DNA of 64,000 bases from an uncultured Chloroflexia bacterium. Its GTDB lineage: Bacteria; Chloroflexota; Anaerolineae; B4-G1; SLSP01. The notes under the pieces were generated by a model, which was given only the letters and a program-made list of their open reading frames with translations, made no database searches and was not told the DNA's origin. This document shows, one piece after another, positions 30,907-40,455 of this stretch; the stretch's first letter is position 1, and the number at the start of each line of letters is the position of its first letter. The DNA lies in contig CAVVUS010000014.1 of assembly GCA_963751345.1 (NCBI GenBank), positions 32,001-96,000 of the forward strand. Direction: 5' to 3'. A program made the translations under genes and the position numbers.

Positions 30907-32832
30907 ATGGCTATGGAGGATTACGCGGATCAACCTCGGATAGAGCAATCAGCTTTGTCCGACCAAAGAGAAACCAAAGTCTCGTTCAAGGAGGTCAACT
31001 GGCGCCGTCTGCTCGGCTACCTGAAGCCCTACCGTGGACGGATGGGCCTGGCGGTGCTGTCGTTGGTGCTCTCGACCGGGTTCGGCCTGGCCTTCCCGGC
31101 CATCATCGTCCGACTGCTCGATTCGGTGACGAAGTCGCAGAGCCTCAGCTCGCTGAACATGCTGGCCGGCTTGCTGATTGCCATCTTCCTGGCCCAGGCA
31201 GCCTTCAGCTTCGTGCAGTCGTACCTGTTGGCGTACGTCGGCGGGCATATCGTCTACGACCTGCGCACGTCGCTCTATGCCCGCCTGCAGCAGCTCTCGC
31301 TCGACTTCTATGCTCTGCGGCGTGTGGGAGACCTGGTCTCGCGCCTCTCCAGCGACGTCACCCAAATGCGCACGATGTTGACCAACAACTTGACCATGAT
31401 GCTGAGTCAGACGCTGACGTTGGTCGGCTCAGTCACGATCCTGCTCACGATGAACGCGCGCTTTACGATCTTCATCCTGGCACTGGTGCCGGTGTTGCTA
31501 GGGGTGGCCTTCGTCTTCGGCAACCGCATTCGCAAGAGCAGCACACACGTCCAGGATCAGTTGGCGGCCTCGACGGTGGTCGCCGAAGAGGGCCTGCAGG
31601 GCATTCGCATTGTGAAGAGCTTCGGCCGGGAAGATTACGAGACCGGGCGCTATCACGACGCGATGGACAAGACGTTCCGTGCTTCCCTGCAGATGGCGGT
31701 CTACAACTCCCTCTTCGCCTCCGTTATGATGTTCCTGGGCTTCGGCTCCATCGCGGCGATTATGTGGTACGGGGGACACGAGGTGATCGCGGGCCGCCTG
31801 ACCTTGGCCATGATCACTGGCTTCCTGATGTACGGCGTCTCCGTCGCCGGGAGCCTGGGTGGGTTGGGCGGTCTGTACGGGCAACTCAGTGCGGCCCTCG
31901 GTGGCGTGCAGCGCGTTTTCGAGATCCTGGACAGCGAGCCCTCGGTGCGCGACGCACCGGACGCAGCGGTTCTCCAAGCCAGCCAAGGGCGCCTTACGTT
32001 CCACAACGTCTCGTTCAGCTATGAGCGCGACGTGCCCGTCATCCGCGACGTCTCGTTCGAGATCCAGCCGGGGGAGATCATGGCGCTGGTAGGGCCGAGC
32101 GGGGCGGGCAAGAGCACGATCTTCAACCTGATCCCGCGCTTCTACGACCCGACCGAGGGCAGCATCCAACTCGACGGGCACGATCTGCGCTCGATCACCC
32201 AGCAGAGCCTGCGGGAGCAACTGGCGATTGTCCCCCAGGAGACGCTGCTGTTCGGCGGCACGATCCGCGAGAACATCCTCTATGGGCGGCTGGACGCCGG
32301 CGAGGACGAGATGATTGCGGCGGCTCAAGCTGCCAACGCCCACGAGTTCATCCTGGGGTTTCCCGACGGGTACGAGACGATCGTCGGCGAGCGCGGCACG
32401 AAGCTGAGCGGCGGCCAGCGGCAGCGCATCGCCATCGCGCGCGCCATCCTAAAGGACCCACGGATCTTGCTGCTGGACGAGGCCACCAGTTCGCTGGACA
32501 ACGAATCGGAGGGGCTGGTGCAGGAAGCGCTCGACCGCCTGATGCAGGGCAGGACGACGGTGATCATCGCTCACCGGCTGAGCACGATCAAAGTCGCCCA
32601 CCGCATCGCCGTGCTGGAGGCCGGACAGATCACCGAACTGGGCACGCACGAGGAACTGATGGAACGCAACGGCACGTACGCCCGCCTCTACGCCATGCAG
32701 TTCCGCGATCCGGAAGAGGAGCTGGCGGCGTTACAGACTGCCATGGCTGCCTATCAAGCCAACAAGGAGACGCTAATCGAGAAGAGGCCGAGCCTCCTTA
32801 GCGTCCTGAGAAGTGCTGCCGGCCCGGACTAG
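30907..32832 (+). CDS. ABC exporter half-transporter (MsbA/Sav1866-like)
   Basis: TMD plus [16 protein letters not shown] and DEATS. Confidence 0.93.
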   Translation: MAMEDYADQPRIEQSALSDQRETKVSFKEVNWRRLLGYLKPYRGRMGLAVLSLVLSTGFGLAFPAIIVRLLDSVTKSQSLSSLNMLAGLLIAIFLAQAAFSFVQSYLLAYVGGHIVYDLRTSLYARLQQLSLDFYALRRVGDLVSRLSSDVTQMRTMLTNNLTMMLSQTLTLVGSVTILLTMNARFTIFILALVPVLLGVAFVFGNRIRKSSTHVQDQLAASTVVAEEGLQGIRIVKSFGREDYETGRYHDAMDKTFRASLQMAVYNSLFASVMMFLGFGSIAAIMWYGGHEVIAGRLTLAMITGFLMYGVSVAGSLGGLGGLYGQLSAALGGVQRVFEILDSEPSVRDAPDAAVLQASQGRLTFHNVSFSYERDVPVIRDVSFEIQPGEIMALVGPSGAGKSTIFNLIPRFYDPTEGSIQLDGHDLRSITQQSLREQLAIVPQETLLFGGTIRENILYGRLDAGEDEMIAAAQAANAHEFILGFPDGYETIVGERGTKLSGGQRQRIAIARAILKDPRILLLDEATSSLDNESEGLVQEALDRLMQGRTTVIIAHRLSTIKVAHRIAVLEAGQITELGTHEELMERNGTYARLYAMQFRDPEEELAALQTAMAAYQANKETLIEKRPSLLSVLRSAAGPD

Positions 32833-32912
32833 ATCCGTGGCACCCGATTGACAGATCGACCAACCGGCATACGCTATGTCCGGTATCACTTAGCGATAGG
32901 GAGGTAAGAACG

Positions 32913-33305
32913 ATGACCGGGTATGTAGGACCTATTGAGAAGCTGACGGTGGAAAACAACTACTTCCGGCAGGTGCTCTTCACGGGCGAGCACATGCAGC
33001 TTGTGCTGATGTGCCTGCAAGGCGGCGAGGAGATCGGCAACGAGGTGCACGAGACCGTCGACCAGTTCTTCCGCATTGAGGAAGGCAAAGCCAAGTTCGT
33101 CTTCAATAATGAGGAGGAGCACGTGGTCGGCGACGGAGATGCGGTGATCGTGCCGGCGGGCACGTGGCACAACGTCATCAATGTATCTCCAACCGACAAG
33201 CTCAAGCTCTACACCGTTTACACACCCCCCAACCATCCCGATGGGACGGTGCACAAGACAAAGGCCGAGGCGGACGCTGCGGAGGCCGCCGAGCACCACC
33301 ACTAG
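32913..33305 (+). CDS. Cupin domain protein
   Basis: EIGNEVH, DQFFRIEEG, VPAGTWHN and YTPPNH motifs. Confidence 0.92.
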   Translation: MTGYVGPIEKLTVENNYFRQVLFTGEHMQLVLMCLQGGEEIGNEVHETVDQFFRIEEGKAKFVFNNEEEHVVGDGDAVIVPAGTWHNVINVSPTDKLKLYTVYTPPNHPDGTVHKTKAEADAAEAAEHHH

Positions 33306-33346
33306 CCCGCCATTCACACGACACCCGGTTGGTTCGGGGCCGCCGT

Positions 33347-33416
33347 ATCTGATCTTCCGGGAAGCTCATAGGCTCGTATCTGCGCTGATAGAGCTTCACG
33401 CAGCTTCCCGGAAGAT
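33347..33416. repeat. Dispersed stem-loop repeat, copy 1
   Basis: ATCTGATCTTCCGGGAAGCT...AGCTTCCCGGAAGAT; same ends as 50633-50700. Confidence 0.75.
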
Positions 33417-33438
33417 ACTGCCACAAGCAGGAGCGTCT

Positions 33439-34659
33439 ATGGCAAAACCGAAGGTCAAGGTCGGCGTCGTAGGTTGTGGCGTGGTCGCTACGGCCTACTA
33501 TCTCCCCTACCTGATGCGGATGGAGACGGTGGACCTGGTCGCCGTCTGCGACCGCTACGAGATGCGCACCGCGGCGAGCGCGCGCCTCTTCGGCGCGAAG
33601 GAGCAGTATCTCGACTACTACGAGATGATCGACCAGGCCGACATCGACGCCGTGTTTATCCTCACCGCGCCCGGCACGCACGTGCCGTTCACGATGGAGG
33701 CCGTCGAGGCCGGAAAGCACGTGCTGATCCAGAAGCCGATGGCGACCAATATGGACGACGCGCGGATGATCGCCGCCGCCATTCGCAAGGCAGGCGTGAA
33801 GGCGATCATCGAGCCGAGCTCCAGCACCTCGCTCGACCCGGACACCGCGCTGGTGCGCGATCTCGTCAAAAAGGGCGTGCTGGGCGACATCCTCTGGTTC
33901 TCGCTCGGCGCGACCGGTCCTACGACCTACGGCCCTTCGCTGGGCAGCAACCCCTACGGTCAGGACGCCTTCTACGCCAAGGACAGCGGCGGCTTTCTCT
34001 TCGACCTGCCCTATGCCCCTACGCAGATCGTCTCGGCGCTGGGCGCCTGCAAGAGCGTCTACGCCAAGGCCCACATCGCGGTCAAAGATGCCACGATCGT
34101 GCCGGAGGAGAAGTACGACGAGTTCCTCGCAGGCGCCACCGACCCCGACCACGCTAACTATTGGGACGTCGTGGTCGACCTGCCCCGCACCCAGCACGTC
34201 CGGATGGAGGCGGTCGATCAGGCCTATTCGCTCTACGAGATGGCCGACGGCAGCGTGGGCACGTGCCACGTGGGGCGGATCTACCATCCCGTCCTGCCCG
34301 GCACCGGGGGCGGCGCGCTCCAGGTCTTCGGTACCGACGGCAACCTGCTCTTCGGCGCGGGCTACACCGCGTCGATCATCTCCGAGCACAAGGACCTGCT
34401 GCCGCACGTCGACGCCGACGGATGGTTCCACATCCCGGTCCGCGGCGACCGGAGCAAGGCCAAGTGGCCCCAGCCGACGCCGGGCGCTTTCAACTACTAC
34501 CACCAATCCTCACAGCACCTGATCGACTGCATCCTGGAGGATCGCGAGCCGATCGTGAACGTCGATTGGGGCCTGCATATCACCGAGATGATGGCGGGGG
34601 CATTGGAATCGTCACGGACCGGCGAGCGGTACGATATGACGACGACGGTGAACGTGTAG
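33439..34659 (+). CDS. Gfo/Idh/MocA oxidoreductase
   Basis: GVVGCG and AGKHVLIQKP motifs. Confidence 0.9.
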   Translation: MAKPKVKVGVVGCGVVATAYYLPYLMRMETVDLVAVCDRYEMRTAASARLFGAKEQYLDYYEMIDQADIDAVFILTAPGTHVPFTMEAVEAGKHVLIQKPMATNMDDARMIAAAIRKAGVKAIIEPSSSTSLDPDTALVRDLVKKGVLGDILWFSLGATGPTTYGPSLGSNPYGQDAFYAKDSGGFLFDLPYAPTQIVSALGACKSVYAKAHIAVKDATIVPEEKYDEFLAGATDPDHANYWDVVVDLPRTQHVRMEAVDQAYSLYEMADGSVGTCHVGRIYHPVLPGTGGGALQVFGTDGNLLFGAGYTASIISEHKDLLPHVDADGWFHIPVRGDRSKAKWPQPTPGAFNYYHQSSQHLIDCILEDREPIVNVDWGLHITEMMAGALESSRTGERYDMTTTVNV

Positions 34660-34727
34660 GGAAAGGTAACAAGGGATAAGGAAATAGGGGACAAGGTAAG
34701 TGGACATTCCTTATCCCTTGTTGCCTT
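34659..34727. repeat. Degenerate 8-mer repeats forming a hairpin between convergent genes
   Basis: AAGGTAACAAGGGATAAGGAA ... TTCCTTATCCCTTGTTGCCTT. Confidence 0.6.
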
Positions 34728-34776
34728 AGCGCCTCATCGCCGAGCAGCCCGCGGCCTAACTTCGCAGACTGACCGC

Positions 34777-37700
34777 CTAGACCGGGTGGCTTGTGCTTGT
34801 GCCCAGCTCGTAAAGTGCAAGGATCTCGCGGTTAGCCACAACATTCGTCAGGTAGGAGTCTCGCGTCGCCTCATCCGTGATCGTTGCTGCGCGCCTCTGC
34901 AGGAAACGGTAGCTGGCCCGTAGGATCTTGGGCGCTCGCGGGTCGCCCACGGCCTCCAATACCCGAACGCTGGTCAGATACACCTGCGTCGGCTCCAAAG
35001 CGCCATCGATCGCACCATCCAACAACTGGTCGATCATAGGCTCTATGTACGAGAGAGCCTCTGCCGGTGCTTCCCTGGCCATAGCGACCGCAGCCAGACT
35101 TTCGCGCACATCCAGAGCCAAGTTAGGTCTCTGAATGAGGCGCACCTCCGGATCCTCGACCACGCCGAGTGCGTTTTGGTAAGCAGCCTGTGCTGCCTCT
35201 AGCTCCGCGAGTTCCAAATGGGCACGCCCTCTTTCAAGCCGAGCCCTCAACTCGCATGAATGGCTTCAATCCCTCCTGAAGCTCGCCGGGGATGTCCAAG
35301 GCCGTGAGTACCTTTTGTCCGTAGGCACGCGCCCCATCGGGTTTGCCCTCCAGACAGCTGATGAGAGCAAGGCCGGCCCAAGCTTGTAGTCGAGGGTATG
35401 CGTCATACATCTCGGGATTTGCGGCGGTGACTGTGGTGATGGTCTCCTGATACGCCGAGCGGGCGGCAGCATATAGGCCCAGATCCGTCAGTAACTCTCC
35501 CTGAGCCGCAAGGGCAAAAGCGACACCGAGGGGAGCGCGCACCTCCCTCAGCAATGCCGCAGCCGACTTAAGAGCGGCCTCGGCCTCTGCATAGCGCCCG
35601 AGGGCAGCGTATATCCAACCGAGCGTGTGGAGTCCATCGCCCTCATCATATCGGGTCCCACATCTCTCTCAAGCTTAAGGCCTCGATCGACAAGCCCCAG
35701 AGCGCGCTCATAGTTTCCGGCATGCAAGCTTTGAAGGGCTAGCACATTGAGAATGTTAGCTTCTCCAGCGAGATCACCTGCCGCGCGACACACGTTCAGG
35801 CCCTGCTCCAGCACTGCCACCGCCTGTGTATGTCGGCCTGCAAGCAACAATTGAAGTCCATATTCGCGCAGCGCTAGGCCCTCAATATACTGAGCGCCGG
35901 CCGCGTGCGCGATGCCAGCCGCGCGCTCGTACCTCTCCAACTCGTCGTATGACTGGTACGAGTCGACCTGACCTCGCGCAATCACGACCGTGTCCTGAAC
36001 CTTACCAGGCCCCCCTACGGCTCTGTACAGGTCATCGATCGCATCACCGGTCTGCCCCAACCTGAGATGTCGACGCGCTCTCTGCAGTGCCACCTCTGCC
36101 TGTCGGGGCAAGGAGCCCAGCGCTTCCGCGATTCCCTGGAGAAGATCCAAATCGTGTCCTGCTGCATCGCGGTCGCCCAACAGATCATAGGCGCGCTCCC
36201 GGCTCAGGAGCAGATCATAGCGCGAAGCCAGATCTCCTTCAGGCAGGAGTTGGAGTGCGCGGGTGAAGTGCCCGATGGCCTCCACATTGGCGTATTGCGA
36301 AGCCGCTTGCTCACCGGCTCGCTTTAGATAGTGCACTGCCCATTCCAGGTTCCCCATGCTCCCAATGGTAGGCGAGCAGGCTCAACTGCGCCGAGATCTG
36401 TTCAGGGTAGAGCCGCTCCATGCCTCCGCAACCCGACGGTGCAACGCTCGTCGTTTACGCCGCAAAAGGCTCCCGTAGGCCGCCTCCAGCGTCAGTTGGT
36501 GCTCAAAGACGAACATCCGGTCAGGTGGCTGATCTACCGTGGGGCCAGACGCTCCGGAATACTCGCGGACCAGTTGCTCACGCACCAGCCGAAGCAGGGC
36601 CTCGTCCAGCGATCCATCTTCCGACCGGAGATCCTCTCCTGACACGATGTCGAGGAGCAGGCGATGACTGAAAATGCGCCCAGCCACCGCAGCTAAGTGC
36701 AGCACCTGTTTTGCCGCCAGCGGGAGCCGATCAATGCGCGCTATCAGCACGCTCTCGAGGGTCGGCGGCAGCTCATTCGCCTCCGTCTCCCGATCGACAA
36801 GCGAACGCACGAGCTCCGCGGTGAAGAAGGGATTACCCTCGGCGCGCTGCTGCAATCGCGTCACCAGATCCTCGTCGGCCTCGCGAGCCCCGGCAGCTTC
36901 CGACAGAAAGCGCCGGACCAGCTCCCCGCTGTCGGCCGGCGGCAATGGCGCAGCGCGGATCCGTGTGACGATGGCCGTAATCACGGCAGCAAGGTCTCGC
37001 GACTCGCCAGGATCCGTGGTCTCGCAGGGGCCGCATCGCTAGGATCAGCAACACCGGGATCCGGTCCCCCAATTCCAGCACGGACTCCAGCAACGCCATC
37101 GACGCCCCGTCGGCCCAGTGAAGATCCTCCAGAACGAACACCAACGAAGCATGTCGCGCGCCACGTATAAGGAGTCGGTCACCGCCTTGAACATGGCGGT
37201 CTGCAGAAGCCCCGCTCTAACTAGCCGGTTGCGAGCGGTCGAGGTCTCGGGTCCACGGGCAACGAAAGCCGACGCGTCAGGTAGGGAGAGATCGCATCGA
37301 GCCTGCTCGGGGCAAAGCTTCCGGAAGTCGCGCCTCCAGCTCTGCACGACGCCGTCAGGGTGCAGGCATCATCCAGGTCGAGCAGTCTCCGCAGCAGCCC
37401 CTGCCAGCCGTAGTACGCCTCATTTCGGTGTATGACAACCATCGTCCCTCTACCCATCGAAGAGGGGGTCCGCTGCCGGATGTCACTAATCGCTTTCGTG
37501 AATCGGGTCCATCGTCAACAGCAGGACGGTGGTCGATCGCCCCCGCCTTGGCCTCAGCCACCAGCCGCGACTTGCCAATCCCGGCGTCCCCGATCAGCGT
37601 CACGATGCCCCCGATCCCACCCCGAACCCGGCTGACCGCCGCGTTCAGGGCTTGCAGCTCTGCGTCCCTGCCGATCATGGGCACCCGCAGCCCTTGGATA

Positions 37701-39253
37701 TCGTGCTCCGCAGCTGCCACCACACGGGCCGTCGGACGGTACAGTCGCAGGGCATCTCGTCCCCCCACCAAAACCTCGCCCAGCCAGCCCCACGCGAACT
37801 GTCCGCTCACGCGGCGATAGGTCGCCTCCGTGACCCATACTGACCCGGGAGGCACTCGCTCGCGTACTTCACGCAGCTGCTGCAGCGCCACCGCGTGCAC
37901 CGCCACGCCACCGAGCTCCTTGGCCAGGATCACCGCTTCCCCGGTCGTCACACCTACCTCATAGGCCAGCCAGGCGGTCTCGACCCCCGGCACCGTACGT
38001 TCTGCGACCGCCTCGAGAGCATCAGCGATCTCCAGCGCCGCCAGCACCGCCCGCTCTGCATCGTCCTCGTGGGCAATCTCCGCCCCAAAAACCGCCACGA
38101 GTCCCGCCTCCCCCGTCTGCACGATCGTTCCGCCATACCGCGCCGCCGCTGCCCGCGCGAGCTCGAGGATCTCGTGCAACGTCTCGGCCTGCATCTCCAG
38201 GTCGACACCTGCAGCCTCGTTCCCGATGCCACCTGTTTCGACCGACAGGAAGGTCACCGTGCGGCGCTCCCCTCCCGGTAGGGGGCCTGCCCTAGTTGTC
38301 GACCCTTCGATGCGCCCTGACGACGGTTCGGAAGGCAGACGCGCGGCACCGGGAGAAGGTTCCCCCGGGACGACGGGCTGATCTGAGATGACGGCTTGGC
38401 TGAGGGTGCTCGAAGGTTCCCGCCGGGGAGGCCGCACTGCGACAGGTCCCACCTCTACAGGCGCCGGCGGGCTGACGTCTCCGCGACGGATGTGCTCGTA
38501 GAGCTCCCGCGTCGCCGCCTCCGGCTCGATCCCCAACTCCGCGTCCAGGATCTCCACACATCGCTCGTACTGCGCCAACGCCGCCGCCCGCTGCCCACTC
38601 GACACCAGTGCCCGCATCGCCTGCTGGTGCGCACTCTCCCGCCACGGCTCCAACTCGATCTGCCGCCGCGCGCACTCAAGGCTCTCCCTGTGGGCTCCCC
38701 GCTGTTCGTGGACCTCGCTTAGCTCCCCCAACGCATCCAGTACCTGCACGTGGAATGACTCTCTCTGCGTCACCATCCACCCCTCGAACTCTGCCGAGGG
38801 ATACGAGAACCCCGCCATAAAGTCCCCCCGGTAGAGTTCCGTAGCCGCCCGCAGATGCGCCACACAAACGGAGCATACCTTGTCTCCTGGATGATCGTGC
38901 GCCTGGACTGTTCTGAGGTGCTCATTGAAAGCATGAACGTCCACCCAGACATCGCTGTCTGCGTTCAACTGCAGCTCACTGCGGGAGATCAACAGGTACG
39001 GGGGATCGGCTTCGCGGTCGCCGATCGCGCTGCGCAGGCGAAAGAGGGCAGCCCGCAGGTTCCGCAGCGCCTCAGTATCGGGCCACTCAGGCCACAGCAG
39101 CCCCGCCAGCACCTCCCGCGGCGTGGCGTGCTCCGCGGTGACGGCCAAATAGGCCACCAGCGCCCGCGCGGCATCCACCTCGAAGCCCACCGCCGCTTCG
39201 CCGCTGTGGGTAACCTGCATCGACCCCAACAATCCAACGTTCAGTGTGCCCAT
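34777..39253 (-). CDS. SARP(wHTH-BTAD)-cyclase-like-AAA/STAND ATPase-TPR regulator, copy 1 (about 5 frameshifts)
   Basis: LAGLLWPE, ELYRGDF, LEPWRESAH (BTAD); AHEDDAERAV; GRDAEL, GDAGIGKSRL; LEDLHWAD; GNPFF; FEHQL; C-terminal TPRs. Confidence 0.85.
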
Positions 39254-39352
39254 CCCGCCTCATCTCCCAGCCCGCCGGGGATGTACCACTCAGTACGACA
39301 ATCCCCTTCATTCTACCGCGAATGGGGGAGGAAATGAAGAAGACGTGCGATC

Positions 39353-39418
39353 AGACGCCCTCGTAACGCTCCCATCACGCTGAACTGACGCCCATTCGTC
39401 GATCGTGACACGCCCCGG
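39353..39418 (+). promoter_or_regulatory. Six phased 11-bp direct repeats (putative SARP operator)
   Basis: ACGC at 39355, 39366, 39377, 39388 and 39410, and TCGA at 39399. Confidence 0.6.
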
Positions 39419-39457
39419 CGCTTGACTACAAGCAACTCCACAGGAGGGGAGAAAGCG

Positions 39458-40363
39458 GTGAACAGGCGCCGATGGTTTGTCGTCTTCGCAGCGGTAGTTT
39501 TGGTCGGTTGGTCCGGGTTCGCCTTACCTAGAGACATTGCCTCAAGTCGAGCAGATTCAGCTCGTCTAGAGGCACATTCCGCTAGTCAGGAGATGGCCGA
39601 TCACGAGGCGCTGACGCAGCGAGCGCTGTATCTGATCGGCTCGCCGCGGAACCGGCGGTATGGCTTCTTGGCGGGATGGTCGTCAGGGCAGCTCGCACGG
39701 CTCATCACCTGGTTGGAGCTGGGGGTCAGGATCGATGGACCCTGGAAATCGGAAGAGCTGATGCTGGTCCTCGGTGTGCTGGATGACTTTGGCGCCACCT
39801 TTGGCAAAACGCGCTTTGCAGAGATCGCGAGGGCCGCCATTGCAGCCAGGTCTGACAACAGGGACGAGAACCTGTGGCTGGTGAAAGAGAGGGGAGAAGC
39901 CATTTCAGTCGCAGCATGGTATCCGACGGCAGGCCGCGTGCGTGTCAACGATAGGCTATTTGACAACGAGGTGCTGGCCGCTTCCTACCGGTGGCCCTTC
40001 CTGACAGGTCCCTATGTACAATCCGCCGTCAACATAGACATCCGGCGTGTGATCGTCGGCCACGAGTTCGGCCATCTGGTGATCGACGGGCTGCGCGTCG
40101 AAGCCGCTACCGCCGGCTACCAGGGTCTCTCGCCCGAAGATCTGTATGCGTCCACGGTGGACCCTGCACAGTGGCCCCACGGGCTCGCACCCACCAACGA
40201 GAATCTGGCAACGGAGATCGCGGTCTGGGCACTGGGGATCAAGCGTACCCCGGAGGTCCAGTCCTTCCGAGACGCCTTCCTCAACCGCACGATCGAGAGC
40301 GCCGCATGGCCCGCGGCAACCGCTGCCCTATTCGCGCAGGTATCGGCACATGGGGGACGATAA
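39458..40363 (+). CDS. Secreted HExxH (zincin-like) protein, copy 1
   Basis: Signal peptide; HEFGH and downstream NENLATE. Confidence 0.7.
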   Translation: MNRRRWFVVFAAVVLVGWSGFALPRDIASSRADSARLEAHSASQEMADHEALTQRALYLIGSPRNRRYGFLAGWSSGQLARLITWLELGVRIDGPWKSEELMLVLGVLDDFGATFGKTRFAEIARAAIAARSDNRDENLWLVKERGEAISVAAWYPTAGRVRVNDRLFDNEVLAASYRWPFLTGPYVQSAVNIDIRRVIVGHEFGHLVIDGLRVEAATAGYQGLSPEDLYASTVDPAQWPHGLAPTNENLATEIAVWALGIKRTPEVQSFRDAFLNRTIESAAWPAATAALFAQVSAHGGR

Positions 40364-40455
40364 GAGCGGATAGCACACCCTGATCAACGTCTGGCTGGAC
40401 GCCGCCGCAAACCGCAACAGGCCTAAGAGGTAACCCTTGCGGTCGGCGGCGTCCT

